The notes under the pieces are model-generated. The model saw only the letters and a list, made by a program, of their open reading frames with translations, ran no database searches and had not been told where the DNA came from. Below, piece by piece: positions 49,675 to 62,185 of a stretch of 64,000 nucleotides of DNA. The position numbers and the translations under genes are program-made. The DNA comes from Mobula hypostoma (lineage: Eukaryota): positions 150,972,001 to 151,036,000 of the forward strand of contig NC_086097.1 of the NCBI RefSeq assembly GCF_963921235.1. The letters run 5' to 3'. Every line of letters begins with the position of its first letter. Positions within the stretch are counted from its first letter, which is position 1.

Positions 49675-51475
49675 AGACCATTAAGATATAGGAACAGAAT
49701 TAGGCCATTCAGACCACTGAGTCTGCTCCTGCAGTCGATCATGTGTTGAAATTGCAGGGGCCCTGGCAGAAATATTTAAAATGTCGCTGTCTACGGGTGA
49801 AGTGCAGGAGGATTGGAGAGTGGCTCATGTTGTTCCGTTGTTTAAAAAAGGATCGAAAAGTAATCCGGGAAATTATAGGCCGGTGAGTTTAACGTCAATA
49901 GTAGGTAAGTTATTGGAGGGAGTACTAAGAGACAGAATCTACAAGCATTTGGATAGACAGGGGCTTATTAGGGAGAGTCAACATGGCTTTGTGCATGGTA
50001 GGTCATGTTTGACCAATCTGTTGGAATTTTTCGAGGAGGTTACCAGGAAAGTGGATGAAGGGAAGGCAGTGGATATTGTCTACATGGACTTCAGTAAGGC
50101 CTTTGACAAGGTCCCGCATGGGAGGTTAGTTAGGAAAATTCAGTCGCTAGGTATACATGGAGAGGTGGTAAATTGGATTAGACATTGGCTCGATGGAAGA
50201 AGCCAGAGAGTGGTGGTAGAGAATTGCTTCTCTGAGTGGAGGCCTGTGACTAGTCGTGTGCCAGAGGGATCAGTGCTGGGTCCATTGTTATTTGTCATCT
50301 ATATCAATGATCTGGATGATAATGTGGTAAATTGGATCAGCAACTTTGCTGATGATACAAAGATTGGAGGTGTAGTAGACAGTGAGGAAGGTTTTCAGAG
50401 CCTGCAGAGGGACTTGGACCAGCTGGAAAAATGGGCTGAAAAATGGCAGAGGGAGTTTAATACTGACAAGTGTGAGGTATTGCACGTTGGAAGGACAAAC
50501 CAAGGTAGAACATACAGAGTTAATGGTAAGGCACTGAGGAGTGCAGTGGAACAGAGGGATCTGGGAATACAGATACAAAATTCCCTAAAAGTGTCGTCAC
50601 AGGTAGATAGGGTCGTAAAGAGAGCTTTTGGTACATTGGCCTTTATTAATCGAAGTATTGAGTATAAGAGCTGGAATGTTATGATGAGGTTGTATAAGGC
50701 ATTGGTGAGGCCGAATCTGGAGTATTGTGTTCAGTTTTGGTCACCAAATTACAGGAAGGATATAAATAAGGTTGAAAGAGTGCAGAGAAGGTTTACAAGG
50801 ATGTTGCCGGGACTTGAGAAACTCAGTTACAGAGAAAGGTTGAATAGGTTAGGACTTCATTCCCTGGAGCGTAGAAGAATGAGGGGAGATTTGATAAAGG
50901 TATATAAAATTATGATGTGTATAGATAGAGTGAATGCAAGCAGGCTTTTTCCACTGAGGCAAGGGGAGAAAAAAAACAGAGGACATGGGTTAAGGGTTAA
51001 GGGTGAGGGGGGAAAAGTTTAAAGGGAACATTAGGAGGGGCTTCTTTACACAGAGAGTGGTGGGAGTATGGAATGAACTGCCAGACGAGGTGGTAAATGC
51101 GGGTTCTTTTTTAACATTTAAGAATAAATTGGACAGATACATGGATGGGAGGTGTAGGGAGGGATATGGTCCGTGTGCAGGTCAGTGGGACTAGGCAGTA
51201 AATGGTTCGGCACAGCCAAGAAGGGCCAAAGGGCCTGTTTCTGTGCTGTAGTTTCTATGGTATGACTGATTTTTAACTCACCATCTTCCTGCTTTCCATC
51301 CGCAACCCTTAACCGGCTTACCAATCAGGAAGCTATCAAACTCTACCTCAAATGACTTGGCCTCCACAGCTCTCTGTGGTAACAAATTCGATAGATTTGC
51401 CACCCTTTGGCTGAAGTAATTCCTCCTCATCTCAGATTTAAAGAGATGTCCCTTTATTCTAAGTCTGTGCCCTCA
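49675..51475 (-). mobile_element. CR1 3' fragment (49675-49743 plus 51262-51475), split by a younger CR1
   Basis: aagaccattaagatataggaacagaattaggcc tail; sequence resumes after 51261. Confidence 0.65.
49744..51261 (+). mobile_element. Young 5'-truncated CR1 LINE (RT domain to 3' end)
   Basis: ORF 49781..51022 (413 aa: NYRPVSL, DFSKAFD, GSVLGP, FADD), frameshifted into 51003..51194; possible TSD ATG. Confidence 0.93.
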
Positions 51476-52439
51476 ATAAAAAAAAGTCTTTCAGCTATTA
51501 AGGAAAACAATAGATCTGGAGTCAGTGCATGAAAATGGCTCTGAGGTAAAGGACCAGTGATTATCTTTTTAAATAATAAAGCAGCCATGAGGGGCTGACT
51601 GGCTGATTTCTGCTTCTATTTCTAATGTTCTTATGTCTTAATCACAATAATCTGACCTCAGAGATTCAGATCGCTATTTGTAAACCATTTTTGGCATTTA
51701 TGGTGTCACTTGAACCCCTCGTTGAAATTACAAGCTCATATCTTACTCCCAGATGCCTATTATTCCATAGAGCTGACAGCCTCTAACCTTTTAACATGAT
51801 GATTTGTTCCTGTTCTGGTATTAGGATACCAATGGATTATAGATTTTTTAGGTAAAACAATGCTATCTGGGATTTGTAAATGGAGAACAAGCAATAAAAA
51901 AAAGCTTAAATCATAAAAGAAATGAAGAAATGGTGCACTCAGAGGCAAGAGTGACTCTGAGAAAAAATTGAGAGTATTAACCTTGTTATATTTGGCTGCA
52001 GGGCATGGAAGTACCCATCTTCAAATATTCAGAAGGCAAATGGGATTCCATCAATAAATGGAACATGGCTGCATTTTGCCTGGCTAATCGAATCGTTGCT
52101 ATGATGTGACAGTGGAATGATTAATGTTGTTGTCTCAGTACAGAGGAAGCTGCTGCTCAGACCACTACAAAGCCCTGCTGCTCTTAAAGCTGAAATGTAT
52201 CATCTGCACTTTAGTTTCCTTTCTTCTACCCCGAGGGTGTGGAGTGGCATTCCACAGATGCAGGTGCAATTTCAGAATTACTATCTTTGATCCAGCAACT
52301 CCAAGTGGCACTTTTCCACATGTTAGGTGTTAGCCATCTCATTGTAATGCTCTCTGTTCTGGGGTAGAAGGTCGTGTGTGCAGCTGCTTCTCTGGACGTT
52401 TGAGTGCAAAATGGAGGCTAGAATTACAGTATAGCACTG

Positions 52440-52700
52440 AGGAAATGCTCAGCTAGTAGAAGCTGAAGCCTTTTATATGAAATGTCAGACTGAGATCCAT
52501 CTACCCTCCCAAATGGATGTAAAAAATGTTACTATTTCAAAAAAGAGCGTTAGAGTCCTTCCCAGGCTTCTGACCAAAATCTATCCCTCATAAAAGCAAT
52601 GCTATATTATCACATTGCCTTTGCTCACCTGCTTTGTGTACGACAACTGTGACTTTACTTCAAAAGTGCTTAATGGGCCATAAAATCTTTAATTTAAATT
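52440..52700 (+). mobile_element. Degraded Deu-domain SINE (SacSINE1/AmnSINE-like)
   Basis: tggatgtaaaa...actatttcaaaaagag...cca.aatctatccctca...atcacattgc...acttcaaaag matches the Deu-domain pattern. Confidence 0.6.
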
Positions 52701-53249
52701 TTTTTAATTCAAGTTTTTGGTTCTGTGTGAGATTAATTGCTTGCTGATTATTCAATCAGTGAAGGCATCTAACTGAGACAGATCTGACCTCAAACTGATA
52801 TCCACATACTGGTATTTTCCACAAGGGGCCACTGGATGGTGTTGAAGAACAGCATTGTTGGCTGAACGAGTCTACTTTTCCATGTCTGATACTGGGGTCA
52901 GTGGGTGAACCTGTAAATGTACAGAATTTCATTGATTTAGACAATATTCTCATTATGCTGAGGCTTATTGAGCTCCTCTGGGATATAGAAACTGAATTAT
53001 AAGCCTTGGCATTTGAATATCAGCAAAGTCTAGCAGCAGTTTCTAGGCTTTCAAGATCCTATGGGACATTTTTTTCATCTATTCCTGTTATGTTCTTTTG
53101 ACTTGTCACCTGCCTTCACAATTGTGTCTGCAGATGTTCTCATTCTGTAAATCGACATAGGTGACCAAACCGCAGTTGTATTATGCAATTCAAGGGTTTT
53201 CCAGCCTTGTGAACAATTGCTTATATATCCCATTCAATCAGCCAACGTC

Positions 53250-53760
53250 CTGACCATGCAGGTTTGTCCACAGAGACGCCACGGCCAAGAAAGAACATCA
53301 ATGCTTTTGCTGAAGAAAACTGGCATAGCTGTCGACTCTTACCTATTTATGTGAATGCACCTATCTGGATGCCTCAGTAAAGCAGCCTGCATAATCAAAG
53401 ACTCCACACAACACAGACATTCTTTTCTCTCCCCTCTTCCATGGGGCAGAAGATAAAATAAGTCTGAAAGCACATAGCACTAGGTTCAAGGTCAGCTTCT
53501 ACTCTGCAGTTGTAAGACCATTGAATGGTTCCTTAGTTTGGTAAAATGGATTCTGGACCTCACAATCCTCTTCATTATGATCTTGCACTTTATTGTTTAC
53601 CTGTGCCTAGCTTTTTCTGTATTTGTTACACTTTATTCTGCATTTTTGTCTTGTTCTACCTTCGTGCGCTGTGTAATGATTTGATCTGTATGAACAGTAT
53701 GCAAGACAAGCTTTTCACTCTATCTCAGTACACATGACAGTAATAAACCAAGTCCAATTC
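53250..53760 (+). mobile_element. Rex1-like 3' fragment
   Basis: ataatcaaagac...ccctcttccatggggcagaaga...ttcaaggtcagcttct, plus taataaacca tail. Confidence 0.7.
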
Positions 53761-53935
53761 TTTATTCACACTCTTTCTAAATGACAAACTGAAAACTGTT
53801 AGCATTAATAATTACTGGAATAGAAGGACCACTAAGAATGGTATATTTATACATAGCCCCAGTTCTACAGTGTTTCCTTAATTAGTTACAAAGCCAAAAA
53901 CTCTTACCGCAGTTAAAGAGCAATACCAGCATACA

Positions 53936-54160
53936 CAGTACTGTGCAAAAGTCTATGGCCTATATATAGCTAGGGTGCCTAAAACTTTTGCAGAGTTTTG
54001 TATTTGTCAACATGGAGCAAAGAGCAAGTTTGTAAATCTGGCAGGAGCAAAGAAAGTTGGGAATGGAGAATAGTTCAATACATAAAATTACTACAGTACT
54101 CTGCAAAAGTATTAGGCACCATAGCTATATATATGTGTCTAAGACTTTTGCACAATACAG
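53936..54160. mobile_element. Tc1/mariner-type MITE with self-palindromic arms
   Basis: Arms 53936-54000 and 54094-54160 are mutual inverted repeats; each begins CAGTACT.TGCAAAAGT and ends ACTTTTGCA. Confidence 0.7.
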
Positions 54161-54344
54161 CATATGGTTTATATATTCGTGTGATCATTCTTTAACTCTT
54201 ACCTTACATAGTCACCTTCAGAACATGCTTTGTGATTGCAATTGTGCAGTTATTCATAAAGAAAACTTCAAAAATAATTTGTTACAAACTAAGCACTTTT
54301 TCTGTAATTTTGACAGAAATTAACTACAGGCACAAGGTCAAACA

Positions 54345-55490
54345 TGTCGCTCTTCATGCTCATACATTCCTGCAATTTATAGGAAGAAATGCCGATCCAC
54401 TGGGATTTTCATGCTCAAAAGTCTTTAGAGTTTACAGAGAATGGTGTAAAAAAAGAGAAAATGAAACATTCAGTGAGTAGCAGTTCTGTGCATGAAAATG
54501 TTTTGTTACTGTTTTGTTAAATGTGTAGAATGGCCATACTGGTTCGAGGTGACAGGATGGCAACAGTAACTTAAATAACCACACATTACAACAGTGGTGT
54601 GCAGAAGAGCATCTATGTATGCACAGAATGTTGAACCTTCAAGTGGATAGACTACAGCAGCAGAAGATTCAACATCAAGATTCAAAATTCAAAATTCTTT
54701 AATGCTATTTCCAGAGCACAAGTGTAAAAGAGAATGAAATAATTGTTACCCTGGATCTGATGCAGCACCAAAAAACCACAATAAGATGAAGAACACAGCA
54801 CTAATGAAAAAAAAACAATAAATAAAAATACTTAAAATGGTTTATTTATTGTACCTATATTGATTGTATGTCCATAAAGTGATTCTAGGGATAAGATGAC
54901 TGACAGGAGACGATAACGTAATTGTGGTTGGAGGTACAGTAAGGTAGGTTAGTGGGTGGAGGTGTTGATCAGCCTTACTGCTTGGGGAATGTAACTGTAT
55001 TTGAGTCTGGAGGTCCTGGTGTGGATGCTATACCCCTCCTCCCTGATGGGAGAGGGACAAGCAGTCCATGAGCAGTGAGGGAGGCATCCTTCATGATGTT
55101 ACTGGCCCTTCTGGGGCACTTTCTTTATTTATCTCTTTCCTGTGGGTAGGCTAGTGCCAGTGATACGTTGGGCAGTTTTAACTACCCGTGCAGAGCCTTC
55201 CTGTCTGCTGCACTGCAGTTCCCGTACCATGCAGTGACGCAACTTGTTAGGATGCTCTCTCCTGTGCATCTGTAGAATGAAGTGAGCATGGATTTGCATA
55301 GTACAGCTTTCTTCAGCCTCCTCAAAAAGTAGAGGCGTTAGTGAGCTTTCCCGATTGTGTAGAATGTGTTCTGGGACCATGTGAGTTTGTGTGAGATGTG
55401 TATGCCCAGGAGTTTGAAAATGCTCGACACATAGAAATACACTCAGTGGTCACTTGACTAAGTAGAGGAGGTACTAATAAAGTGGCCACT
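54345..55490 (+). mobile_element. Non-autonomous Tc1-like element fragment split by a Rex1 piece
   Basis: Transposase-like stretch ctgggattttca...agagtttacagagaatggt...gtgcagaagagcatct (54390-54665); palindromic end cactcagtggtcact...taataaagtggccact (55440-55490). Confidence 0.55.
54666..55432 (-). mobile_element. Rex1-like 3' fragment
   Basis: aagattcaa tail; ORF 55129..55380 (VVKTAQRITGTSLP). Confidence 0.75.
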
Positions 55491-57510
55491 CCAGCCTGAG
55501 GGCAGCCTTGTTGTGGCAAAAAAGGAGGCCATAGACTGACATGTGAGGATGGGAATGGAAATCGGAAAAGTTCGCTTTGGTAGATGGAGCAGAGATGTTC
55601 GACAAAGTGGTCCACCAATTTATGAGGGGTCTCACCGCGTAGACGAGGCTATGTGAGGAGTACTGGGCACAATAAACAATCCCAGCAGATTGGCAGGTGG
55701 AGTGTTACTTCACCTGGAAGGACTGTTTGGGGCCCTGAATCGAGGTGAAGGAGGAGGTGAATGACAGGTGCAGCACTTTGGCTGCTTGCAAGGATAAGTG
55801 CCAGGAGGGAGGTTAGTGGGGAGGGATGAATGGACAAGTATATAATGGAGGGAGTGATTCATGTGGAAAGCAGAGAGAGAGGGGAGAGAAAGATGTGTTT
55901 GGTGGCAGGATCCCTTTGGAAACGGTGGAAATTGTGGAGAACGATGTGATGCGGAGGCTCATGGGGTGGTCGATAAGGATAAGATTAAGTCTATCACTGT
56001 TAGGGCAGCGGGATGAGGGGGTTAGTGCAGATTTTTGGGAAATGGAAGAGATGCAGGTGAGGACAGCATCAGTGGTGGAGGAAGGGAAGCCCCTTTCTTT
56101 GAAGAAGGAGGACATCTCTAATATCCTGGAAAGGACAGCCAATCTTGGGAACAAATGTGGGGGAGACAATGGAGCTGAGAAAAGGGAATAGCATTTTTAC
56201 AAGAGACACAGTGGGAAGAGGTATAGTCAAGATAACCGTGGGAAATGGTAGGTCTATATGTAGCCTGGGGAAAAGTACACGCTCAGGACAACAAAGACTT
56301 TTTCGGGTTTTAATTCCTTTATCGGTTTTCGATGTTTAAGTGCCAGTACAGGGTCACAAAACAAAATGAACGAATTTACAACCAGTTCTTGCCATTACAA
56401 TCCCAGTTTAACTTTTGATCCATACCCTCGTGTATGAACAGAATTACGTAGGCAGCATAAAAAAATACCAGAACTAATACGGTACTAATATGGTACAAAT
56501 ATGGTAGTGGCAATCCTGAAGGAACACAATACAAACAACATTAGAGTCCCACCCACCCTGCATTTTATACAGAACAGCGAAAAATGTAAGCGGATATATC
56601 TCATCTAAGATGTACCCACGTGCTGAACTTCCAAATAGAGACTAAACATTCACGTTACGTGGTTACATGCACAATCAGTCCCGATACAATAAAGTTAGAC
56701 AAAAGGTACACTTTGGCACAACTTTTACAAGATATTGCCTGGTAGTTAAATTACAGGAAGATTGACCTACTTGGATGGTGAAGAACTTTGCCCAAGCCAC
56801 GCAATCCAGCGTTGAGTCACTTACTCGAGAAAATCTAAAGCATCCGCATGTAAAACATGCCAACAAGCATAAATGAATTCGCATGAATATTGTCAATTAA
56901 TGCTCACCTTTCCACACCATGCCCAGCACACTCTGGGAAGAACCCAATTGCAACGCCTTACCACGTCTTCAGCAGAAAGCCAAATGGTCTCCCTACTGTC
57001 CCACGCATGCGTAATGACATCACCGTCTTCCTTAAGGGCACAGACAACTATTCTATCATTACCCGGATGGATGCCTAAGTACACGTTTAACAATACTGAA
57101 TAAGATCCGACGGTCACCCGGTTACATATAAAAGATGTCAGTTAACAGTTTATCTCCAGAGATGGAGACAGAGAGATCGAGAAAAGGAGGGAGATGTCTT
57201 AAAGGGACCAAGTGAATTTAAGGGCAGGGTGGAAGCTGGAAGCAAATTTGATGAAATTGACAGGCTCAGCTTGGGTGCGTGAAGTAGCACCAATGCAGCT
57301 GGTAATACAGCGGTGGAAGAGCTAGGGAGCGTTACTGGGGAAAGCTTGGAAATGGACTGCTTTACATAGCCTCAAAGTAGCAGTCTCAGCTGAGGTCCAT
57401 GGCTATTCCTCCAGAGAAAGTGGGAGGAGACGAAGGTAGAATTGTTGAGGGTGAGGACCAGTTCTGCCAGACAGAGGATAGTGGTGGTGGAGGGAAACTG
57501 GTTGGTTCTT
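55491..57510 (-). mobile_element. Penelope-like element fragment interrupted by a solo LTR
   Basis: ORF 55813..56169 (SSFFKERGFPSS) and GIY-YIG remnants (DHFVEHL); colinear with 41300-42660. Confidence 0.85.
56259..57127. mobile_element. Solo LTR (869 bp)
   Basis: TGTAGCCTGGG...CCCGGGTTACA inverted termini; 4-bp TSD TATA (56255-56258 / 57128-57131); removing it restores the Penelope sequence ggtctataaaagatgtcag. Confidence 0.85.
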
Positions 57511-57997
57511 TCATTGAGAATAAAATACTAATTTTATTTTGTCTTGCAAGAGTCTTGTTTTGATAGCAGGAAGGGAGGCCCTCCAAACAAAGTAAACTTG
57601 TTTGATACTGACAAATGTACTGTAGGGTTGTTGATTAGCAGTATATTTATGTTAAATCTGAACAGTTAGCTTATCTTGAGAGCTGAGATTTTGCATCAAT
57701 TTTTCACAGAATTTTTTGGGGGGTGGTGTGTTATTTGTAATGCTATGTTTAAAACCACAGTGTATTGGCAATTTTTAAAAAAGAAAATGCTTTATGCACT
57801 TAAATTGGTGATGAATTTTAATTTTGTTTCCACTCAGGCTGTAAATAATAGCCGACTTTGGCAATTGTCTTTTGTCCACTCTAACACAGAATCTGATGAA
57901 CAGATGGAGAAGAAAATGAGCTAGAAAGGAGCAAGGATCCAGTAAACAGATAAGAAGTAAAAATCAAATAAACTGAAGATGATAATAATTTGATATA

Positions 57998-58332
57998 AAA
58001 ACAGAAAATGCTGGAAATACTCAGCATGTCCAGCCACTTCTGTGGGAAACAAAGTTAACAATTCATGTTTGAAGACCCTTCATCTGAACAGGGAAGTTGA
58101 CTAGTTTATTTTAAACTATGCTCCCTTTATTTAATCTTGACTGAAATTATCTAGGGGGAATGGAAATTAATTGCACATATTCAGTCATTGACTTGATATC
58201 CTTGTTTACTGCTTATCCCCTTGGTCACACAATCAGAGACAACCCCCTCCTCCCCCTTCCATTCAGGTTAGCAAACTTTTTTGTCCTCCTCCCAGTTTTG
58301 GATGACGGATCTTCATCATGAAACGTTAACAG
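57998..58332. mobile_element. Old Penelope terminal repeats in inverted arrangement
   Basis: aaaacagaaaatgctggaaatactcagc...gacccttcatctgaac, opposed by ggatgacggatct...gaaacgttaac. Confidence 0.5.
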
Positions 58333-59089
58333 ATAGCTAATATTCATCCTGTGGTCATGATGGTATAGGTTAAAGCCAGTTTTTAATCTGATTCTAATTT
58401 ACTTTCATCAATTGAGATTTTAAACTTTTTCTGTCAGACTAGACAGAGATGGCATTTATCTATGAATGAGTATTGACAATATCGGAGAGGCTGCTCTAAA
58501 TGGAGGAAATTCAGTGGAGTTCACTGCAGCCAATGTTTCACAATGCTGAAATATGCAGACCAGGTCTCAGGTGCTGTAAAGAGGATGAAGCAGATTTATT
58601 CTGTGCTAGAGAAACCAAACACAGACTGGGAATTTGCTCTGTGAACTCAGCATTAAATCTTCTTCCTTCCAGCTGCTAACACCATAGTTAAATTCTTCTT
58701 AACACTTTATCTTTTGCAATGTATTTTGAGTTCTGAAGTGGTCTCTGGAGCTGAGTATACTGTCAGATTCACTTACCTGTACATACATCTATGACTATTT
58801 GTCTTCAACCAAACATAGTACAAAAATGTTATAAGATTATCACAAGACGCAATGACTTAAGATAACAGCAATTGTCCAACCAGAAGGTAACAGTTTCCCT
58901 TTTGAGCTAATAAGCACATTATACACTATGTCCCCCTTACAATGAAAGAAGAACGTATCTATACTGGGCATGTATAGATTGCTATTGCAAGTCTACAGCA
59001 AACTTGAATGCTTTGTTATTTCCAATAGAATAACTTGTATATTTGGTTATGTTTCAAGAACATGCATTGCAAACCAGATTTCTCTCCAT

Positions 59090-59870
59090 GGCGAGAGTCA
59101 GGAGCATCAGGTTTCTTGGAGTGCACCTCACAGATGATCTCACCTGGTTCTTCAACACCACCTCTTTAGTCAAGAAAGTACAGCAGTGCCTTTACTTCCT
59201 GAGGGGATTGAAGTGAGCGAGCCTCCCTGCCCCCACTCTAACCACATTCTACGAGACCACCATCCAGGGTGTCCTGCCCAGCTGTGTCACTGTCTGGTAT
59301 GGGAATAGCAAGGAGTCTGACCACAAGACCCTGCAACAGGTTGTGAGGACTGCTGAAAACTGGGGACTCTCTCCCTCAAATCCAGGACATGCACCAGAGA
59401 GCCCTCAGCATTGTCAAGGACCCCCTCCCACCTGTCCCACAATCTATCTGACCTCCTACCATCAGGCAGAAGGTGTGGCTGCATGAGAACAAGGATCATT
59501 TAGACTGGGTAACGCTTATACCCCCAGTGTGTGAGACTTCTGAATACCCTGCTATTAAAGATTCAAAGTACATTTGTTATCAAAGAATGTATAAATTATA
59601 CAACCTTGAGATTTGTTTGCTTACAGGCAGTCACAGAGCAAGGAACGTGAAAGAACCTAGTTAAAAAAAATAAACACCAGCCCCAATATGCATAGAGAGA
59701 GAGAGAAAAAAAAACAAATTGAGCAAAGAACAGAAGCAAGCTACAACAATGGCATTCTGAACCAAACTGAGTCCTTCGATCCAAATCCCTGGAACAGCCC
59801 AGCGTCGGCACATCTCGCAAATTCACTCTGCCCTCGCTCGTCTCTGCGTTGTTTGTGGACCACAACTTAC
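59090..59870. mobile_element. Rex1-like fragments: + strand 59090-59550, - strand tail 59557-59870
   Basis: aggtttcttggagtgcacctc...ctcctaccatcaggcagaagg; the second part repeats 17135-17300. Confidence 0.65.
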
Positions 59871-60076
59871 TTTAAAAAAAATGTTAATAGTAACATTTTC
59901 AATCGGATTCCTTTACTTTCAAACTACCAGTAAGCTGTTGCTCACCTTCTGTAGCGGCATCTTAAACAGGAATCTGGGTTACCCAGAACACATTGTTTAT
60001 GACAGTGCCAGTAACAGCTGTATGCTTAACTAGATGTTGTATATGCTCTTTATGTCAGTTGTACATCTGCAGAATA

Positions 60077-60166
60077 ACACACACAAATTGCTGCAGGAAC
60101 TCAGCAGCTCAAGGAGCATCAACAGAAATGAATAAAGAGTTGATGTTTCGGGCCGAGACCCTTCAA
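60077..60166 (-). mobile_element. 90-bp Penelope terminal fragment
   Basis: TSD CTGCAGAATA / CTACAGAATA (60067-60076 / 60167-60176); contains gtttcgggccgagacccttca. Confidence 0.75.
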
Positions 60167-60847
60167 CTACAGAATATCCTTGGTCACTGAGGAACTTGTT
60201 TTGTTGAGCTGTAATGCATACATGTGTATGGCTGAATGACAATAAACTGAAACTTCAACTTGAACTTCTTATCCTTCTGTCATGTCCTTGTGAAAACCCT
60301 TTGGCCTGCATCTCCACTTTACTTTGTAACCTCCATTCATACCTCTGGATGAGACTGTGAACTCTGAGTACATATAGAAGGCTAACAGAAAAGGGGCTGG
60401 GCAACACCACCTTCTCAACTGTCCACTCGATCACCTTCTTCTCTACCCAAAGCAGAATCTGAAGATTCCTCATTGTCCTCGTTAACCACCCAAAAACCCA
60501 AGAAACTGAAGCAAGTCATCCTCAAACCCAAAGATTGCTTACTAAGAAGGGAAAAGATAAAGCTAGGTGATCTTGCCAACCAGCAACTGTATTGAAAGGC
60601 TAACTTAGAACAGATTGAATCAAGTAGTCTATCAGTAGATAATTGATGAAATTTTTGAACAGAAAAACAAGGAACTCATAGCTATATAATTTCCAACTAC
60701 TCTCCAAAAGTGCTTTATAGAATCTTTGCACCATTCTACTATTTTTGTGCTCATCATTGTAGTTATTAATTTTGAGCTTCGTGTGAACAAGGAATCTCAT
60801 TGCACCTTGGTTTATATAACAATAAACTAATCTAATGAGTGAAGATA

Positions 60848-61203
60848 CATATCTACCAAAGGAGGTGTAAGGCACTCCTTCCCTCCGCTAAACTGCAGGT
60901 CACCCTCGGGCAAGGTGTAGTACTTACTTAGCCCGCCACCGATCAGGGTCACGTGAAGCCATGGGAGCAGGTGGTGGATTGTTGTATGAGCTGTTGGTGC
61001 ATATCATGTCCTGGTTATGCAACCACTAATGCCAGGTAGACAATCTCTGAAGAGTATTGATAATGGCTGGGGTCACCCATCTTGTAAAGACACTGTCCAG
61101 AAGAAGTTAATGGCAAACCACTTCTATAGAAAAATTTCCAAGAACAATCATGATCATAGACCATGTTCACCCACGGCATATGATAGGGCACATGATGATG
61201 ATG
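60848..61203 (+). mobile_element. RTE-related non-autonomous element or SINE with (GAT)n tail
   Basis: gaagaagttaatggcaaaccacttct is a motif typical of RTE 5' regions; ends catgatgatgatg. Confidence 0.55.
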
Positions 61204-62185
61204 AATGAGACTGGATAATGAGATAAAGTCATTGAGATACTTCAGTAGTGTGTTCAGAAAGATCAGAATCAAGACCAGCAGAGGTCATTATTTACAATGG
61301 GGCAGATTAGTCCCCTTGACTTTCAGCTGTTTGGTATTCTGCGCACAAAATGTAGAAAGCAGAAAAGTGAGACTCACTGAGTGACAGATGCTGCTACATC
61401 CAAATGGCAAATGTCCAAATGACAGGGTGCACGTTTTCTGGGATTGGGGAATGCCCTTTCAAATATGAAACTAGGTCAGACCTGCTTCAGGATTTGAGAC
61501 TGTTTTGATTTTAACAGGGAATTAAAAAATCTGTGGATTAAGAAGGAGTTTGGTTGGGTTGTGGGGGTGAGTGGAGGGAGGTGGAGTTAAATATTTTAAA
61601 CGATTTTTTTAAACTTGAGTTTAATATTTTAATTATTTCTAGTTTTATTTAATTAACCTTATTGTTACAAAGTTTATTATTACTACATTTTACTTTATAA
61701 CTCATTTACTTCTATCTTTATATTTCTCAGGGTCCTGGAACGTCAAGTACATTTGTAAATGGTTGAAATGCCTGAAAGGTTTAAGAGAAGGCAAAGTCCT
61801 ACCTGATGGTGCGTGGGGAGTCTTCTGAGTATGGAACCTCTTCCTATCGCCAGCTGACACCTGGTAATTTCACAACTTACTCCCGAGTTTGATAGTCTGG
61901 AAGATCAATGAGATTAGCTCATAGATTTATAAAGCAAGGAAAAGCTCCCTTCAGCTGAACTGATCATTCTGACCACAATGCCTGTCCAAACTGCTGCCAT
62001 TTGACCTTGTTGGATCCATATTCTTCACAACTTTTCTTATACATGAACCCATTCAACAGTCTTTTAAAAGTTGTTATTATACCTGCCTCAACCACTTGTT
62101 CTAGCAGCTCATCCCATATACAAAGCGAGCTATGTAAATAACTTATACCTCAAGTTCCTATTAAATCTTTCTTCTCTCTCTTTAA

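Noticed and set aside
56259..57127. Foreign-looking insert considered as viral or captured gene sequence
   Set aside because: TG...CA inverted ends and a 4-bp TSD explain it as a solo LTR; its ORFs are short and motif-free
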